Assembly (NCBI GenBank): GCA_900544995.1
Contig: UQXC01000001.1
Location: 15,752-79,751, forward strand
DNA length: 64,000 nucleotides
Direction: 5' to 3'
Source: an uncultured Collinsella sp.
Lineage (GTDB): Bacteria; Actinomycetota; Coriobacteriia; Coriobacteriales; Coriobacteriaceae
The translations under genes and the position numbers were made by a program. The notes under the pieces were generated by a model, which was not told the DNA's origin, did not search any database, and saw only the letters and a program-made list of their open reading frames with translations. Shown piece by piece: positions 9,788-19,744 of this stretch (position 1 is the first letter of the stretch; the number at the start of each line of letters is the position of its first letter).

Positions 9788-10837
9788 TTAGAGGAACATC
9801 ATGAACAGCTTGGCCATGACAAAGCTGATGAGTCCGCAGGCAGGGAAGGTGAAGAACCAGGTGAACATCATGTCCTTGACGACGCCGAAGTTGATGGCCG
9901 AGAGGCGCTTGACGGCACCGACGCCCATAATGGCGCAGGTCTTGATGTGCGTGGAGGACACGGGGATGCCGGTAAGGGTGGCAAGCAGCAGGTTCGCGGC
10001 GCCTGCGAGGTCGGCAGAGAAGCCCTGATACTTCTCGAGCTTAACCATGCTCTGGCCGACGGACTTGATGATGCGCTCGCCGCCCACGCTGGTGCCGATG
10101 CCCATGGTTGCCGAGCACAGCAGCATAATCCAGATGGGGATGCCGGCATCGCCGACGCTCGTCTGGCCGCTGGCGAAGGCCACGCCTAAAAAGAGCACGC
10201 CGATGAACTTCTGTCCATCCTGCGCGCCGTGCATAAAGCTCATGGCCGCGGCACTCGCGATCTGAGCGTATTTAAAGAAGACGTTGGCACGTCGCCTGTT
10301 GGCGGCGGCAAACAGAATCGAGACGAGTTTGCACAGGATCCAGCCCATGACAAAGCCCAGACCGATGGAGAGCGCCAGGCCGTAGATGACCTTCATCCAT
10401 TCGTGGACGTTGACGCTGCTCGCGCCGCCGAGGGCGATAGCGGCACCGGTCAGGCCGGCGATAAGGCTGTGGCTTTGCGAGGTGGGGATACCAAAACGCG
10501 ACGCTGTGGCGCCGTAGACGACGATGGAGAACAGTGCCGCGCAGAGGCACGCGAGCGCCATGGTGCTGTTTCCGCCAAAGTCGACGATATGTGAGATGGT
10601 GTTGGCGACGCTCGCGTTAAAGTGCGTCATGATGAGCACGCCGAGGAAGTTGAATGCGGCGCTCATGAGAATGGCGGCGCGGGCGGGCATGCAACGCGTA
10701 GTGACGCAGGTCGCGATGGCGTTGGGCGCGTCGGTCCATCCATTGACGAAGATGGCGCCCAACGCGAGGATCACGGTGACGGCAAGGACTGGGTTCGACA
10801 CAATTTGGCCGAGGAAGGTTGAGAACGTTACGTCCAT
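9788..10837 (-). CDS. pit: Inorganic phosphate transporter, PiT family.
   Basis: Polytopic membrane protein with duplicated PHO4 signature regions (GWTDAPNAIAT and GAQDGQKF-type). Confidence 0.85.
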   Translation of the reverse strand: MDVTFSTFLGQIVSNPVLAVTVILALGAIFVNGWTDAPNAIATCVTTRCMPARAAILMSAAFNFLGVLIMTHFNASVANTISHIVDFGGNSTMALACLCAALFSIVVYGATASRFGIPTSQSHSLIAGLTGAAIALGGASSVNVHEWMKVIYGLALSIGLGFVMGWILCKLVSILFAAANRRRANVFFKYAQIASAAAMSFMHGAQDGQKFIGVLFLGVAFASGQTSVGDAGIPIWIMLLCSATMGIGTSVGGERIIKSVGQSMVKLEKYQGFSADLAGAANLLLATLTGIPVSSTHIKTCAIMGVGAVKRLSAINFGVVKDMMFTWFFTFPACGLISFVMAKLFMMFL

Positions 10838-11087
10838 ATATGGGCTTTCTCGAAGTTTGCAGACACGTTACAAAAACATGATAAATCGTATCACCTCCTG
10901 TGGGTTTCTTTACCGAGTTCTGATGGGAGAAGTGAACTTTTTGGCACTAAAATTGAATATTAGCCCTGTTGACCGCGGGTGTTCTTTTTGCTAACACGCC
11001 ATGCGGACACGTGCGATTACTACGACACTCCAAAACCACAGTCTGTTCGCTTTACAACATGCAAACATGCGTTCGATAATAGGAGGC

Positions 11088-11426
11088 ATGGAATATCGAC
11101 AGACAGATGGCAAAACTCGGCGCGTGCACAAGCAGTATGTGGACGTCGTGGCTCGCATCCTCGCGGGCGGACAGGTCGTGCCGGTCACCGTCTGCTGGGT
11201 CGACGGTCGTTGCTTTACGATTGACGAGATTGTCTCGACCACTGGGTTTGGCCTGACGGTTCACGGCATCCGTACGGCGACCTATAAGGTGCGTTTTGGC
11301 GGGCACGCGACCGAGTTGTATCTGGAGGACCAGACGCGCGAACGACCAGATGGCTCGCAGGCCCATCTGATGCGTTGGTGGGTGTGGGCATTCGACCGTA
11401 CGCTCGAGGGCGAGCGCCGTGGGTAA
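11088..11426 (+). CDS. Hypothetical protein (112 aa).
   Basis: ORF preceded by a strong SD (TAGGAGGC). No recognisable family. Confidence 0.4.
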   Translation: MEYRQTDGKTRRVHKQYVDVVARILAGGQVVPVTVCWVDGRCFTIDEIVSTTGFGLTVHGIRTATYKVRFGGHATELYLEDQTRERPDGSQAHLMRWWVWAFDRTLEGERRG

Positions 11427-11510
11427 GGACGTGCGGCATTCGGGTACAATGACAGGAATCTTGTCAGCTACTGCGCCGTTATTTGTGGCGCTTTTTGAAA
11501 GGACGAACCT

Positions 11511-12206
11511 ATGAACGATATCCAGGGCTATCAGAACGGCCCCGTCGAGAGCGGCGCAAGCCGCGCCAAGGAGATGTCGCCGCGCGCGTACAATCTCGCC
11601 ATGTCTGCCCTGATCTTCTTGGGCTTTTGCGCCATGGGCGCCGGCGCCTACTTTACGAGCACCATGTCGTTTGCGCGCATGATGATGAGCGGCGCCGCCT
11701 TGCCGCTGGTCTTTGGCTCGTTTATTTTGACCATCGTCGGCATGGTCATGATGTCGGCCGCCGCCAGCAAGCAGTCCGTGGGCCTGTCCCTTGTGGGCTA
11801 CGTAATCTTTGCGAGTACCTTTGGCCTGACCGCGTCGTTTGGCCTTGCCAACTACGACCTGCCCACCATCAACACTGCCTTTATCGCCACGGCCGCCATC
11901 ACCTTTGTCTTTGGAGCCTTGGGCGTGACGTTCCCCAAGTTTTTCCAGCGCGTATATGGCATCGGTTTTGGCATTCTGCTCGCCACTATTCTGGTTGAGA
12001 TCGTGCTGATGTTCATGGGCGTCTCGCAGACCATCACCGATCTGATCGTGATCGTGGTGTTCGCCGGCTTTATTGGCTACGACACCTATGTTGCCACGAC
12101 GGTGCCGCCTACGCTGCCCAACGCCGTGCTTATGGCCTCTAACCTGTTCGTGGATATTATCAACGTGTTCCTGCGCATTTTGAACATCCTCGGCCGTCGC
12201 GATTAA
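11511..12206 (+). CDS. Bax-inhibitor-1/YccA-family membrane protein.
   Basis: About seven hydrophobic segments and a characteristic C-terminal motif (…FVDIINVFLRILNILG). The first half of the protein is M-, A- and G-rich. Confidence 0.7.
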   Translation: MNDIQGYQNGPVESGASRAKEMSPRAYNLAMSALIFLGFCAMGAGAYFTSTMSFARMMMSGAALPLVFGSFILTIVGMVMMSAAASKQSVGLSLVGYVIFASTFGLTASFGLANYDLPTINTAFIATAAITFVFGALGVTFPKFFQRVYGIGFGILLATILVEIVLMFMGVSQTITDLIVIVVFAGFIGYDTYVATTVPPTLPNAVLMASNLFVDIINVFLRILNILGRRD

Positions 12207-12347
12207 AACGCGGCATTGCGACGCTTCCTGCCGGACACGGTAAAACGATGCGAAAGGCGGTCCTTCGGGGCCGTCTTTTTTGTGCGCGGCGGGGTATCAT
12301 GGATGGGAAAAAGCCGATAGCGGCAGCGACAGGAAAGGTGGCCACGT

Positions 12348-13460
12348 ATGGCAGACGTCGACAACAGGAACCGTAACCGCAGGTCCAACCGAACGGGTCA
12401 GCCCAATCCCAAGCGCGAGGCGCGTGCCAAGGCCGCCGAGCGCCATGTGGCGGCTGTGTCCGAGGCCTGCGCCAAGGACATCGAGCGTTCGCTTGCCGGC
12501 GTGTGCGAGTTCGATGGTATGCCTGCCGGTTTTGTCGCGGCGATGAAGGCCAAGGCCCAGGTGGCTGCTGCTGCCGAGGAGCAGGTTGCCGAGGAGCCCG
12601 AGGCCGCCGAGGTCGAGGCTGCAGTCGATACCGAGGTGGCGCCCGAGCCCGTCGAGGAGGCCGCCGAAGCCGAGTCCGAGCCCGCCGAGGAGCCCGCTCC
12701 GGTCCTGCCCGAGGTCACCGTGCTTGACGCCTCTGCCACGCAGGCCATTCTGGATAACGGCCGAGGCTACGCGCAATTCTGCGACATGGCCGTACTCGCC
12801 TTTGCCTCGTTCACCAACCCGGGCGGCGGCTACATCCAGGGCTATCTGGGTCAGGAGGCCACGCTCTGTGCCGATTCGTACCTGTACAACGTGCTCGATA
12901 AACAGCGCAAATGGTACGGCGAGAACCGTCGCCGCAACATCAACTGCGAGCTTTACCGCAACCGTGCGCTGGTGGTGCCTGCGGTGCGCTTCGACCGCAA
13001 CCACGTGCATGCGTATGCCGACGTAATCGTCGCCGCTGCACCCAACGCCAAGCGTGCTCGCCAGGAGTACCGCGTGAGCGACGATGCCTTGCTGGACGCT
13101 CTGCGCGATCGCATCCGCTTTGTGCTTGCCATCTGCGACGAGCTGGGTCGCGAGAAGCTCGTGCTGGGCGCTTGGGGCTGCGACAACAACGGCTTTGACG
13201 CCGAGGCCGTGGCCGAGCTCTTCCGCAAGGAGCTCGCATCGGGCGACTTCAAGGTCAAGCAGGTCTTCTTTGCTGTGCCCTCTACGCGCTGGGACGAGGA
13301 CTTCGCCAAGTTCGAGCACGTGCTGGCAAACTTCCCCGAGCGCAACGAGGAGTCCTATGCTCAGGTTGCCGCCCGCGCTGCAGCAGCCCGTGCCGCCGAG
13401 CAGGCCCAGGCTGCTGCCGAGGACGACGAGGATGACGACGACTGGCGCAAGTACCTGTAA
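12348..13460 (+). CDS. Bacterial-type poly(ADP-ribose) glycohydrolase-like protein (TIGR02452/DUF2263 family) with a ~125-aa low-complexity N-terminal extension.
   Basis: PARG signature FTNPGGGYIQGYLGQEATLCADSYLYN (GGG-X7-QEx) and the LGAWGCDNNGFD motif. The N-terminus is basic (RNRNRRSNR) then acidic and A/E/P-rich. Confidence 0.65.
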   Translation: MADVDNRNRNRRSNRTGQPNPKREARAKAAERHVAAVSEACAKDIERSLAGVCEFDGMPAGFVAAMKAKAQVAAAAEEQVAEEPEAAEVEAAVDTEVAPEPVEEAAEAESEPAEEPAPVLPEVTVLDASATQAILDNGRGYAQFCDMAVLAFASFTNPGGGYIQGYLGQEATLCADSYLYNVLDKQRKWYGENRRRNINCELYRNRALVVPAVRFDRNHVHAYADVIVAAAPNAKRARQEYRVSDDALLDALRDRIRFVLAICDELGREKLVLGAWGCDNNGFDAEAVAELFRKELASGDFKVKQVFFAVPSTRWDEDFAKFEHVLANFPERNEESYAQVAARAAAARAAEQAQAAAEDDEDDDDWRKYL

Positions 13461-13538
13461 TCGGTACGCGCTGACGGATATGTCGTGCCGACGGGGGAGG
13501 TTGCTCCCGTCGGCTTTTTACCGAGCGAGGGGTTTACG

Positions 13539-14198
13539 ATGAAAAACGTTCTATGTTTTGGCGACAGCAACACCTATGGTTATGATCCGGCGGGCATGCG
13601 CGACGGCACCGCGGTGCGCTATGGGCAGGATGTGCGCTGGTGCGGCGTGGCCCAACGTGACTTAGGCGAGGGCTGGCATGTAATTGAAGAAGGCCTCAAC
13701 GGCCGCACGACGGTACGCGACGACATGTGCCATCTGGATACCAATCTTAACGGCATCCGCGCGTTGCCGATGCTGCTCGAGGCTCATAAGCCGCTGGATG
13801 CGATCGTGATTATGCTGGGCACCAACGACTGCAAGACGGTCTTTAGCGTGGGGGCTGCCGATATCGCTGACGGTGTCATGGCGCTGATTCGCACCGTCCG
13901 CGCGTTTCCCTGGACCGAAGCCGCGCCCTGCCCGCGTATTCTGCTGATGGCGCCTATCAAGATTAAACCGCAGATCGCCGATGTGTACATGACCGACTTT
14001 GACGAGCGCTCCGTCGAGGCCTCGGAGCATTTTGCCGAATACTATGCGTATGCTGCTAAACAGTTTGACTGCGACTTTTTGAATGCCGCCGAGTTTGCCG
14101 AGCCGGGCGATATCGACTATCTGCATATGATGCCCGAAAGCCACGAGAGCCTGGGTCACGCCGTGGCAGCCAAGCTCCAAGAGATGCTCGGAGAGTAG
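13539..14198 (+). CDS. SGNH/GDSL hydrolase-family protein (arylesterase/lipase-like).
   Basis: N-terminal GDSNTYG block containing the catalytic Ser, plus downstream GxND and DxxH-like blocks (DYLH). It is 219 aa. Confidence 0.75.
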   Translation: MKNVLCFGDSNTYGYDPAGMRDGTAVRYGQDVRWCGVAQRDLGEGWHVIEEGLNGRTTVRDDMCHLDTNLNGIRALPMLLEAHKPLDAIVIMLGTNDCKTVFSVGAADIADGVMALIRTVRAFPWTEAAPCPRILLMAPIKIKPQIADVYMTDFDERSVEASEHFAEYYAYAAKQFDCDFLNAAEFAEPGDIDYLHMMPESHESLGHAVAAKLQEMLGE

Positions 14199-14203
14199 CG
14201 CGA

Positions 14204-14250
14204 CCCCAAACCACCGCAAAGGGGGCGGGCGCCTTTGCGGTGGCTTGGGC
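14204..14250. terminator. Bidirectional GC-rich hairpin between the convergent SGNH hydrolase and thiD genes.
   Basis: ccaccgcaaaggggg…cctttgcggtgg with additional flanking complementarity. Confidence 0.65.
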
Positions 14251-14258
14251 TGCGAATC

Positions 14259-15089
14259 TTAATACTGCCACATGTGGTTGACAGGGCCGGAGCCTTTGCC
14301 CATGTTCAGGCCGGCGGCTAGAGCGCCTGTCAGGTATGCCTTGCCGGCGTTGACGGCGTCGGCAAGATCCATGCCCTGGGCCAGCGCGCAGGCGATGGCG
14401 GACGAGAGCGTGCAGCCGGTGCCGTGCGTGTTGTCGGTCTCAATACGCTTGTGGCGGAACCACGTGGTGAGCGGATCGCCTAGGTGGTTGCCCTCATCAT
14501 CGAGTGGTGCGGGTTCGGCCAGTACATCGTTGGCCTCGTTGACAAGATGCCCGCCCTTAACGAGGGATGCGCAACCAAAGCGGCGGGTAAGGAGCATGGC
14601 AGCATTTTGCTGCGTGCGCTCGGAATCGACCTCGTAATCGAGCAGCGCCATGGCCTCGGGAATATTGGGCGTGATAACCGTCGCTAGCGGGAACAGGCGG
14701 CGGGTGAGCGCCTCGGCGGCATCTTCGGCAATCAGCCGTGCGCCCGAGGTGGCTACCATGACGGGGTCGACGACCACGTTTGTTGCGTTCCAGGCGCTCA
14801 AGCGGTCGGCGATGACTTCGATAATCTCGACAGAAGAAACCATGCCGATCTTGACGGCGCTCGGGCGGATATCGTCAAAAACGGCGTCAATTTGCGCGGC
14901 TACGATATCTGGCGAGATATCCTGTACGGCGGTGACACCCAGAGTGTTTTGCGCTGTGATGGCGGTGATGGCCGTCTGGGCATACAGACGGTGCGCCGTG
15001 ATGGTCTTGATGTCGGCCTGAATGCCGGCGCCGCCGCTGGAATCGGATCCCGCGATGGACAGGACGGCAGGTACCTTACTACGATCCAT
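14259..15089 (-). CDS. thiD: Hydroxymethylpyrimidine/phosphomethylpyrimidine kinase ThiD.
   Basis: PfkB/ribokinase-like HMPP kinase pattern (VLSIAGSDSSGGAGIQAD…). It lies downstream of thiC on the same strand. Confidence 0.85.
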   Translation of the reverse strand: MDRSKVPAVLSIAGSDSSGGAGIQADIKTITAHRLYAQTAITAITAQNTLGVTAVQDISPDIVAAQIDAVFDDIRPSAVKIGMVSSVEIIEVIADRLSAWNATNVVVDPVMVATSGARLIAEDAAEALTRRLFPLATVITPNIPEAMALLDYEVDSERTQQNAAMLLTRRFGCASLVKGGHLVNEANDVLAEPAPLDDEGNHLGDPLTTWFRHKRIETDNTHGTGCTLSSAIACALAQGMDLADAVNAGKAYLTGALAAGLNMGKGSGPVNHMWQY

Positions 15090-15272
15090 GTTCGCTCCCT
15101 TGTTCGGTCGGAATCAAATGGGTCTTTAAGCCAGCATTATAAAGATGCCCGGGCCGGCGATATGCCGAACCCGGGCGCGAGATGTAATTTTTACGCAAAT
15201 GTAAGCAAATGTTCACACGTCAACAATTGGCGGGCGCCGACTCGATGATAAAAGGCGATTGCGGCGAAGAGA

Positions 15273-16607
15273 CTAGTCCTCCATACCGAGGTCGATCGTC
15301 GTGCCCTCAAACACTTTGTTGACGGTGCGGACGGCGCACATCTTGCCACACATGGTGCAAGTACCCTCGGTGGCGGCGGGGGATTCCTCGTAGCGCTTCT
15401 TACCGGTGACCGGGTCGAGAGCGCACTTCCACATGGCGTCCCAGTCGAGCTTGCGGCGTGCCTGGCCCATCTTGTCGTCCATGTCGCGGGCGTGCGGCAC
15501 CTTCTTGGCGATGTCGGCGGCGTGTGCGGCAATCTTGGTGGCCATGAGGCCGTCGAGCACATCCTGGGCGTTAGGCAGGCATAGGTGCTCGGCCGGCGTC
15601 ACGTAGCACAGGAAGTCGGCGCCGGAGCTGGCGGAGATAGCGCCGCCGATGGCTGCGGTGATGTGGTCGTAGCCCACGCCGATATCGGTCACCAGCGGCC
15701 CGAGCACATAGAACGGGGCGTTGTGGCACAGGCGCTTCTGCAGTTTCATGTTGGCGGCGATCTCGTCGAGCGCCATGTGACCCGGGCCCTCGACCATGAC
15801 CTGGACGCCGGCGGCCCAGGCGCGCTTGCACAACTTGCCGAGCTCAATCATCTCGGCGGTCTCGGTGGCGTCGTTGGAGTCGTAGAGGCAGCCCGGGCGG
15901 CAGGAGTCGCCGAGCGAAATCGTCACGTCGTACTCATGGCAGATTTCGAGCAGCTCGTCGTAGAACTCATAGAAGGGGTTCTCGTTGCCGGTGACCTCCA
16001 TCCAGCCAAACAGCAGCGAGCCGCCGCGGCTCACGATGTTCATGAGACGGCCGGTCTCCTTAAAGGTCTTGGTGACCGACTTGTTAATGCCGCAGTGGAT
16101 GGTCATAAAGTCCACGCCGTCCTCGGCGTGCGCGCGCACGACTTCGAACAGGTTGTCCTTGGTGAGCTTGACCAGCGGCTTTTCCATGTAGCCGATGGCG
16201 TCGTACATGGGGACGGTGCCTACCATGAGCGGCGTCTCGTCGATGAGCTGCTGGCGGAACTGGCGCGTCTTGCCCGAGTTGGAGAGGTCCATGATGGCGT
16301 CGGCGCCAAAGTCCTCAGCGATCTTGACCTTCTTCCATTCCTCGGCGGCATCGGCCTTGTCGCCCGAGATGCCCAGGTTGACGTTGACCTTGGTGGACAG
16401 GCCCTCGCCGACGCCAAAGGCGCGCATGCCCTTTTTGATGTGCACGATGTTGGCGGGAATGGCGATGCGGCCGTCTGCCACGCGCTCACGGATGTACTCG
16501 GGGTCGCGATGCTCGCGCTCGGCGACCTCCTTCATCTGCGGTGTGATCTGTCCGGCGCGGGCAAAGTCGATTTGCGTGACGAGCTTGGGCTCTGTCTGTG
16601 TGCTCAT
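15273..16607 (-). CDS. thiC: Phosphomethylpyrimidine synthase ThiC.
   Basis: Highly conserved ThiC sequence with a C-terminal CxxCxxxxC Fe-S motif. The start is placed at MSTQTEPK (16607) because the upstream Met (16631) lies inside the TPP riboswitch. Confidence 0.9.
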   Translation of the reverse strand: MSTQTEPKLVTQIDFARAGQITPQMKEVAEREHRDPEYIRERVADGRIAIPANIVHIKKGMRAFGVGEGLSTKVNVNLGISGDKADAAEEWKKVKIAEDFGADAIMDLSNSGKTRQFRQQLIDETPLMVGTVPMYDAIGYMEKPLVKLTKDNLFEVVRAHAEDGVDFMTIHCGINKSVTKTFKETGRLMNIVSRGGSLLFGWMEVTGNENPFYEFYDELLEICHEYDVTISLGDSCRPGCLYDSNDATETAEMIELGKLCKRAWAAGVQVMVEGPGHMALDEIAANMKLQKRLCHNAPFYVLGPLVTDIGVGYDHITAAIGGAISASSGADFLCYVTPAEHLCLPNAQDVLDGLMATKIAAHAADIAKKVPHARDMDDKMGQARRKLDWDAMWKCALDPVTGKKRYEESPAATEGTCTMCGKMCAVRTVNKVFEGTTIDLGMED

Positions 16608-16609
16608 TG

Positions 16610-16710
16610 GCACGGCTCCCTTCGTTGGCATTACCCATATCAGGTTTGCGGGTCAGGGCGGGCGCGCCCAGTCTCAGCCTGCCGTCTTGTCCTGCAAGCT
16701 CCCCGTTATG
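16610..16710 (-). promoter_or_regulatory. TPP (THI-box) riboswitch in the thiC leader.
   Basis: The minus-strand transcript contains CUGAGA (complement of tctcag at 16672-16677) and ACCUGAUAUGGGUAAUGCCAACGAAGGGAGC (complement of 16618-16646) directly upstream of the thiC ATG. Both are core THI-element motifs. Confidence 0.75.
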
Positions 16711-16777
16711 TCATGGGCTCAAGTATAGCCTGAATGGGTACGATTGGCCTAACAAGCGTGCCCGTGGGGAGGCGTAC

Positions 16778-17299
16778 ATGGAAGACAAGCATCTATATCG
16801 AGAGACACAATGGGACGTATCGGCCGAGGAGGGCCGTGCACACCATGGGTTGGTCGCGATTGGCTTTGCGGTGCTTGCCGTGCTGGTGATTGCCTTTTGT
16901 ATTTGGACGTTTGGCGGTCGCGGCGGCGCCGCCTGGGAGTTTGAGGCCGACGAGGGCCTGCCGATTATGACGGTGAGGAGTACTGGCGGTAATGCCAATA
17001 CGCTCGCCGTTCCGGGCGATTATTGGTACCCGTGCGATGAGTTTGTGCAGTTGCAGCTGAGTGGTGGGTCTATTCCTGGTGAGGAAATCGAACGCGTGAC
17101 GTATGATGCGACGTTCAAAACGTTGACGGTGAAGCTCAAAGATCAAGGGGATGTGCCCACGACGATGGATATCGCGCTGACGGAATGGCGCCTGGAGCCC
17201 CCGTCGGGTGTTGCGGTGTCCGAGGTCGAGCACGTCAAGATTGTCTATCAGGACGGTTCGACAAACGGGATTGCAAAGGCCGACGGTCTAGCTGAATAG
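16778..17299 (+). CDS. Hypothetical membrane-anchored protein.
   Basis: ATG at 16778 with a GGGGAGG SD. One N-terminal TM helix (LVAIGFAVLAVLVIAFCIW). No family recognised. Confidence 0.45.
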   Translation: MEDKHLYRETQWDVSAEEGRAHHGLVAIGFAVLAVLVIAFCIWTFGGRGGAAWEFEADEGLPIMTVRSTGGNANTLAVPGDYWYPCDEFVQLQLSGGSIPGEEIERVTYDATFKTLTVKLKDQGDVPTTMDIALTEWRLEPPSGVAVSEVEHVKIVYQDGSTNGIAKADGLAE

Positions 17300-17326
17300 G
17301 TGTCGAGCCTAGCAGCCAATTCATAA

Positions 17327-17393
17327 AAGTTGCGGTGGAATAGTTCCTGATTGTGCGAAAAAGGCTCAAATAGGAATTATTCCACCGCAAGTT
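17327..17393. repeat. MITE/REP-like palindromic repeat, copy R1 (family terminus AAGTTGCGGTG…CACCGCAAGTT).
   Basis: aagttgcggtggaatagttcctg…aggaattattccaccgcaagtt, a near-perfect long hairpin. Coordinates approximate. Confidence 0.7.
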
Positions 17394-17433
17394 ATATAGA
17401 GAAGGCTGAGCGGGTCAGTGTTGGGTGCCGGCT

Positions 17434-18243
17434 CTAGAGCATCTGTTCGTTGATGAACACGAGGGTGCCTAGGTATGAGAGCTCGGGGACGTGGCGATAG
17501 CCGATGTTGAATGCGGTAAGTTCGCTTGCATCCTCGAGCTTGTTTTCTGCCATCCACCGCACCATGGAGCCGCGCGCCTTTTTGCTGGCGGTCGACCGTT
17601 GGATGGGCTTCTCGTTGCGGATACCCTCGCCAAAGAGGCACGTGACGGCTGTGGCGTCGCCCGCGAGGTGGGGCAGAACGGCTTTGGCATACTCTACGCT
17701 GGCGAGGTTGACGATCGTGGTGTTTGAACCTGCCGGGGCGATAACCCGCGCGAGCTTGTCGCTCCAAAACGCGTAGAGGTCTCGGGCATCGTCAACGGCG
17801 AGCTTCGCACCCATCTCCAGCCGATACGGTTCGACGGCATGAAAGGGGCGTACGCATCCGTAAAGGCCCGAGAGGATCCACAGATGGTCTTGCAGCCATG
17901 CGAGCTGCGCGGCATCCATCACCTCGGGTGCCATGCTCTGGTATTGAATGCCGTGATAGGACATGACGGCGGGGGAGGTATTGCGGGCGATATCGGGATT
18001 GTCGAGGTCGCCGTTTTCCAAGATGGGCTCGAACTCATGCAGGGTGTTGAGGCAAGGCCCCAGCAGTTTGTCACTCACGTTCCATAGCGCCTGCAGGCCG
18101 CCGCTGCCTTCATTTCGCTCAATATCTAGCAACGCGCGATGCAGTCGAGCCGTCTCGCGCGCAAAGGGCGGAATGCCCAGGACTTCAAAAGCATCTTGGG
18201 CCGAGCGCATCTGCTTGGCGGGCGAAATGATGACCTGCAGCAT
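17434..18243 (-). CDS. yaaA: YaaA-family peroxide-stress protein (UPF0246/DUF328).
   Basis: N-terminal MLQVIISPAKQM is the family hallmark. An upstream ATG exists in frame but the real start is inferred at 18243. The gene is flanked by repeat copies R1 and R2. Confidence 0.8.
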   Translation of the reverse strand: MLQVIISPAKQMRSAQDAFEVLGIPPFARETARLHRALLDIERNEGSGGLQALWNVSDKLLGPCLNTLHEFEPILENGDLDNPDIARNTSPAVMSYHGIQYQSMAPEVMDAAQLAWLQDHLWILSGLYGCVRPFHAVEPYRLEMGAKLAVDDARDLYAFWSDKLARVIAPAGSNTTIVNLASVEYAKAVLPHLAGDATAVTCLFGEGIRNEKPIQRSTASKKARGSMVRWMAENKLEDASELTAFNIGYRHVPELSYLGTLVFINEQML

Positions 18244-18265
18244 GGACTCTCCTCTGTCAAAAAGG

Positions 18266-18334
18266 AAGTTGCGGTGGAATACGGTCTGTTTTGGCCGTTT
18301 ATAGGCCAGTTTAGTCCGTATTTCACCGCAAGTT
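18266..18334. repeat. MITE/REP-like palindromic repeat, copy R2.
   Basis: aagttgcggtggaatacggtctgtttt…agtttagtccgtatttcaccgcaagtt. Coordinates approximate. Confidence 0.7.
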
Positions 18335-18346
18335 ATGAAGGGCTGG

Positions 18347-19744
18347 TTAGGCGCGCTCGAGGAAGGCTTTGTAGCCGCGGTAGGCCTCGTAGATATCGGC
18401 CTTGTTGGCGACCTCCCACAGGGCGTGCATGGACAGGACGGCAACGCCGGAGTCGATGACGTTCATGCCATACTTGGCCATGATGTAGGCAATGGTGCCG
18501 CCACCGCCCGCGTTGACGCGACCGAGCTCACAGGTCTGGAAGTCCACGCCGGCCTCGTCCATGATGTCGCGGACGAGGGCCACGTACTCGGCATCGGCGT
18601 CGTTGGAACCGCCCTTGCCGCGGCTGCCCGTGTACTTGTTAAAGCACAGGCCACGACCCAAAAAGGCGGCGTTCTTCGTCTCGAACTTGCCGGCATAGCC
18701 CGGGTCGAAACCGGCGGACACGTCGGAGGAGAGCATGCGGCTGCGGGCGAGCGCGCGGCGCAGGGCCAGCGGGCTATCCTCGCCGGCGAGCGTCATGATC
18801 TCGGCGACGGTGTTCTCGAAGAAGCGGCTCGTCATACCGGTGGCACCCACGGAGCCGATCTCCTCCTTATCGACGATGAGCGTGATGCTCGTGCGCTCCA
18901 CGTTGGCGACGTCGATCTGGGCGAGCATGGAGGGGTAAGCGCAGACGCGGTCGTCGTGGCCATAACCCAGAATCATGGAGCGGTCGAGGCCCATGTCGCG
19001 GGCGGGGCCGGCGGGCACGACCTCGATCTCGGCGGAGAGGAAGTCCTCCTCCTCGACGTCGTACTGCTCCTTGAGGATGTCCAGGAACATCTGCTTGACG
19101 GGCTCCTTGGGGGCGTCCTTATCGTCCTCATCGAACTTGACGGGACGGCCGCCCACGATCACGTCGAGGATCTCGGCATCGACGGCGTCCTTGGCAGGCT
19201 TGGACATCTGCTCGCTCGAGAGGTGGATCAGCAGATCGGAGATGGTAAAGACCGGGTCGTCCGCCTTGTCGCCGATATTGATGTCGACGGTGGTACCGTC
19301 CTTTTTGCAGATGACGCCCACGAGTGCGAGCGGGGAGGCTACCCAGTGGTAGCTCTTGACGCCGCCGTAGTAGTGCGTGTCGAGGTAGGCCATGTCGCCG
19401 GCCTCGAAGGCGGGATTCTGCTTAAGGTCCAGGCGCGGCGAGTCCACGTGGGCGCCCAAGATGTTAAAGCCCTGCTCGAGCGGGGCGGTGCCCAGGTTGA
19501 CGAGCATAAGGTCCTTGCCGTGGTTAGCGGCATACACCTTGTCGCCTGCCTTGAGCTCGCGGCCCTCGGCGATCACGGTCTCCAGGTCGACGTATCCCGC
19601 CTCCTCGGCCATCTTGATGCCGGTCTTGACGCACAGGCGCTCGGTCTTGTTCTCGCTCAAAAACTGCTTATAGCCGCGGCAAAGCCCCTCGAGCTCCTCG
19701 ACTTGCTGTGGCGTGTACTTTTTCCATGCGCAGGGACGCTCCAT
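18347..19744 (-). CDS. M18-family aminopeptidase (aspartyl aminopeptidase-like).
   Basis: M18 pattern (…HVDSPRLDLK…, …GYGHDDRVC…, C-terminal SMHA motif). The start is placed at MERPCAW with an AAAGGAGC SD; the longer upstream extension has no SD. Confidence 0.75.
   Translation of the reverse strand: MERPCAWKKYTPQQVEELEGLCRGYKQFLSENKTERLCVKTGIKMAEEAGYVDLETVIAEGRELKAGDKVYAANHGKDLMLVNLGTAPLEQGFNILGAHVDSPRLDLKQNPAFEAGDMAYLDTHYYGGVKSYHWVASPLALVGVICKKDGTTVDINIGDKADDPVFTISDLLIHLSSEQMSKPAKDAVDAEILDVIVGGRPVKFDEDDKDAPKEPVKQMFLDILKEQYDVEEEDFLSAEIEVVPAGPARDMGLDRSMILGYGHDDRVCAYPSMLAQIDVANVERTSITLIVDKEEIGSVGATGMTSRFFENTVAEIMTLAGEDSPLALRRALARSRMLSSDVSAGFDPGYAGKFETKNAAFLGRGLCFNKYTGSRGKGGSNDADAEYVALVRDIMDEAGVDFQTCELGRVNAGGGGTIAYIMAKYGMNVIDSGVAVLSMHALWEVANKADIYEAYRGYKAFLERA

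Noticed and set aside
16608-16631. ORF-track start for thiC at 16631 (MPTKGAVPMSTQ…).
   Set aside because: That start lies inside the TPP riboswitch aptamer. The downstream Met at 16607 (MSTQTEPK) is the start.
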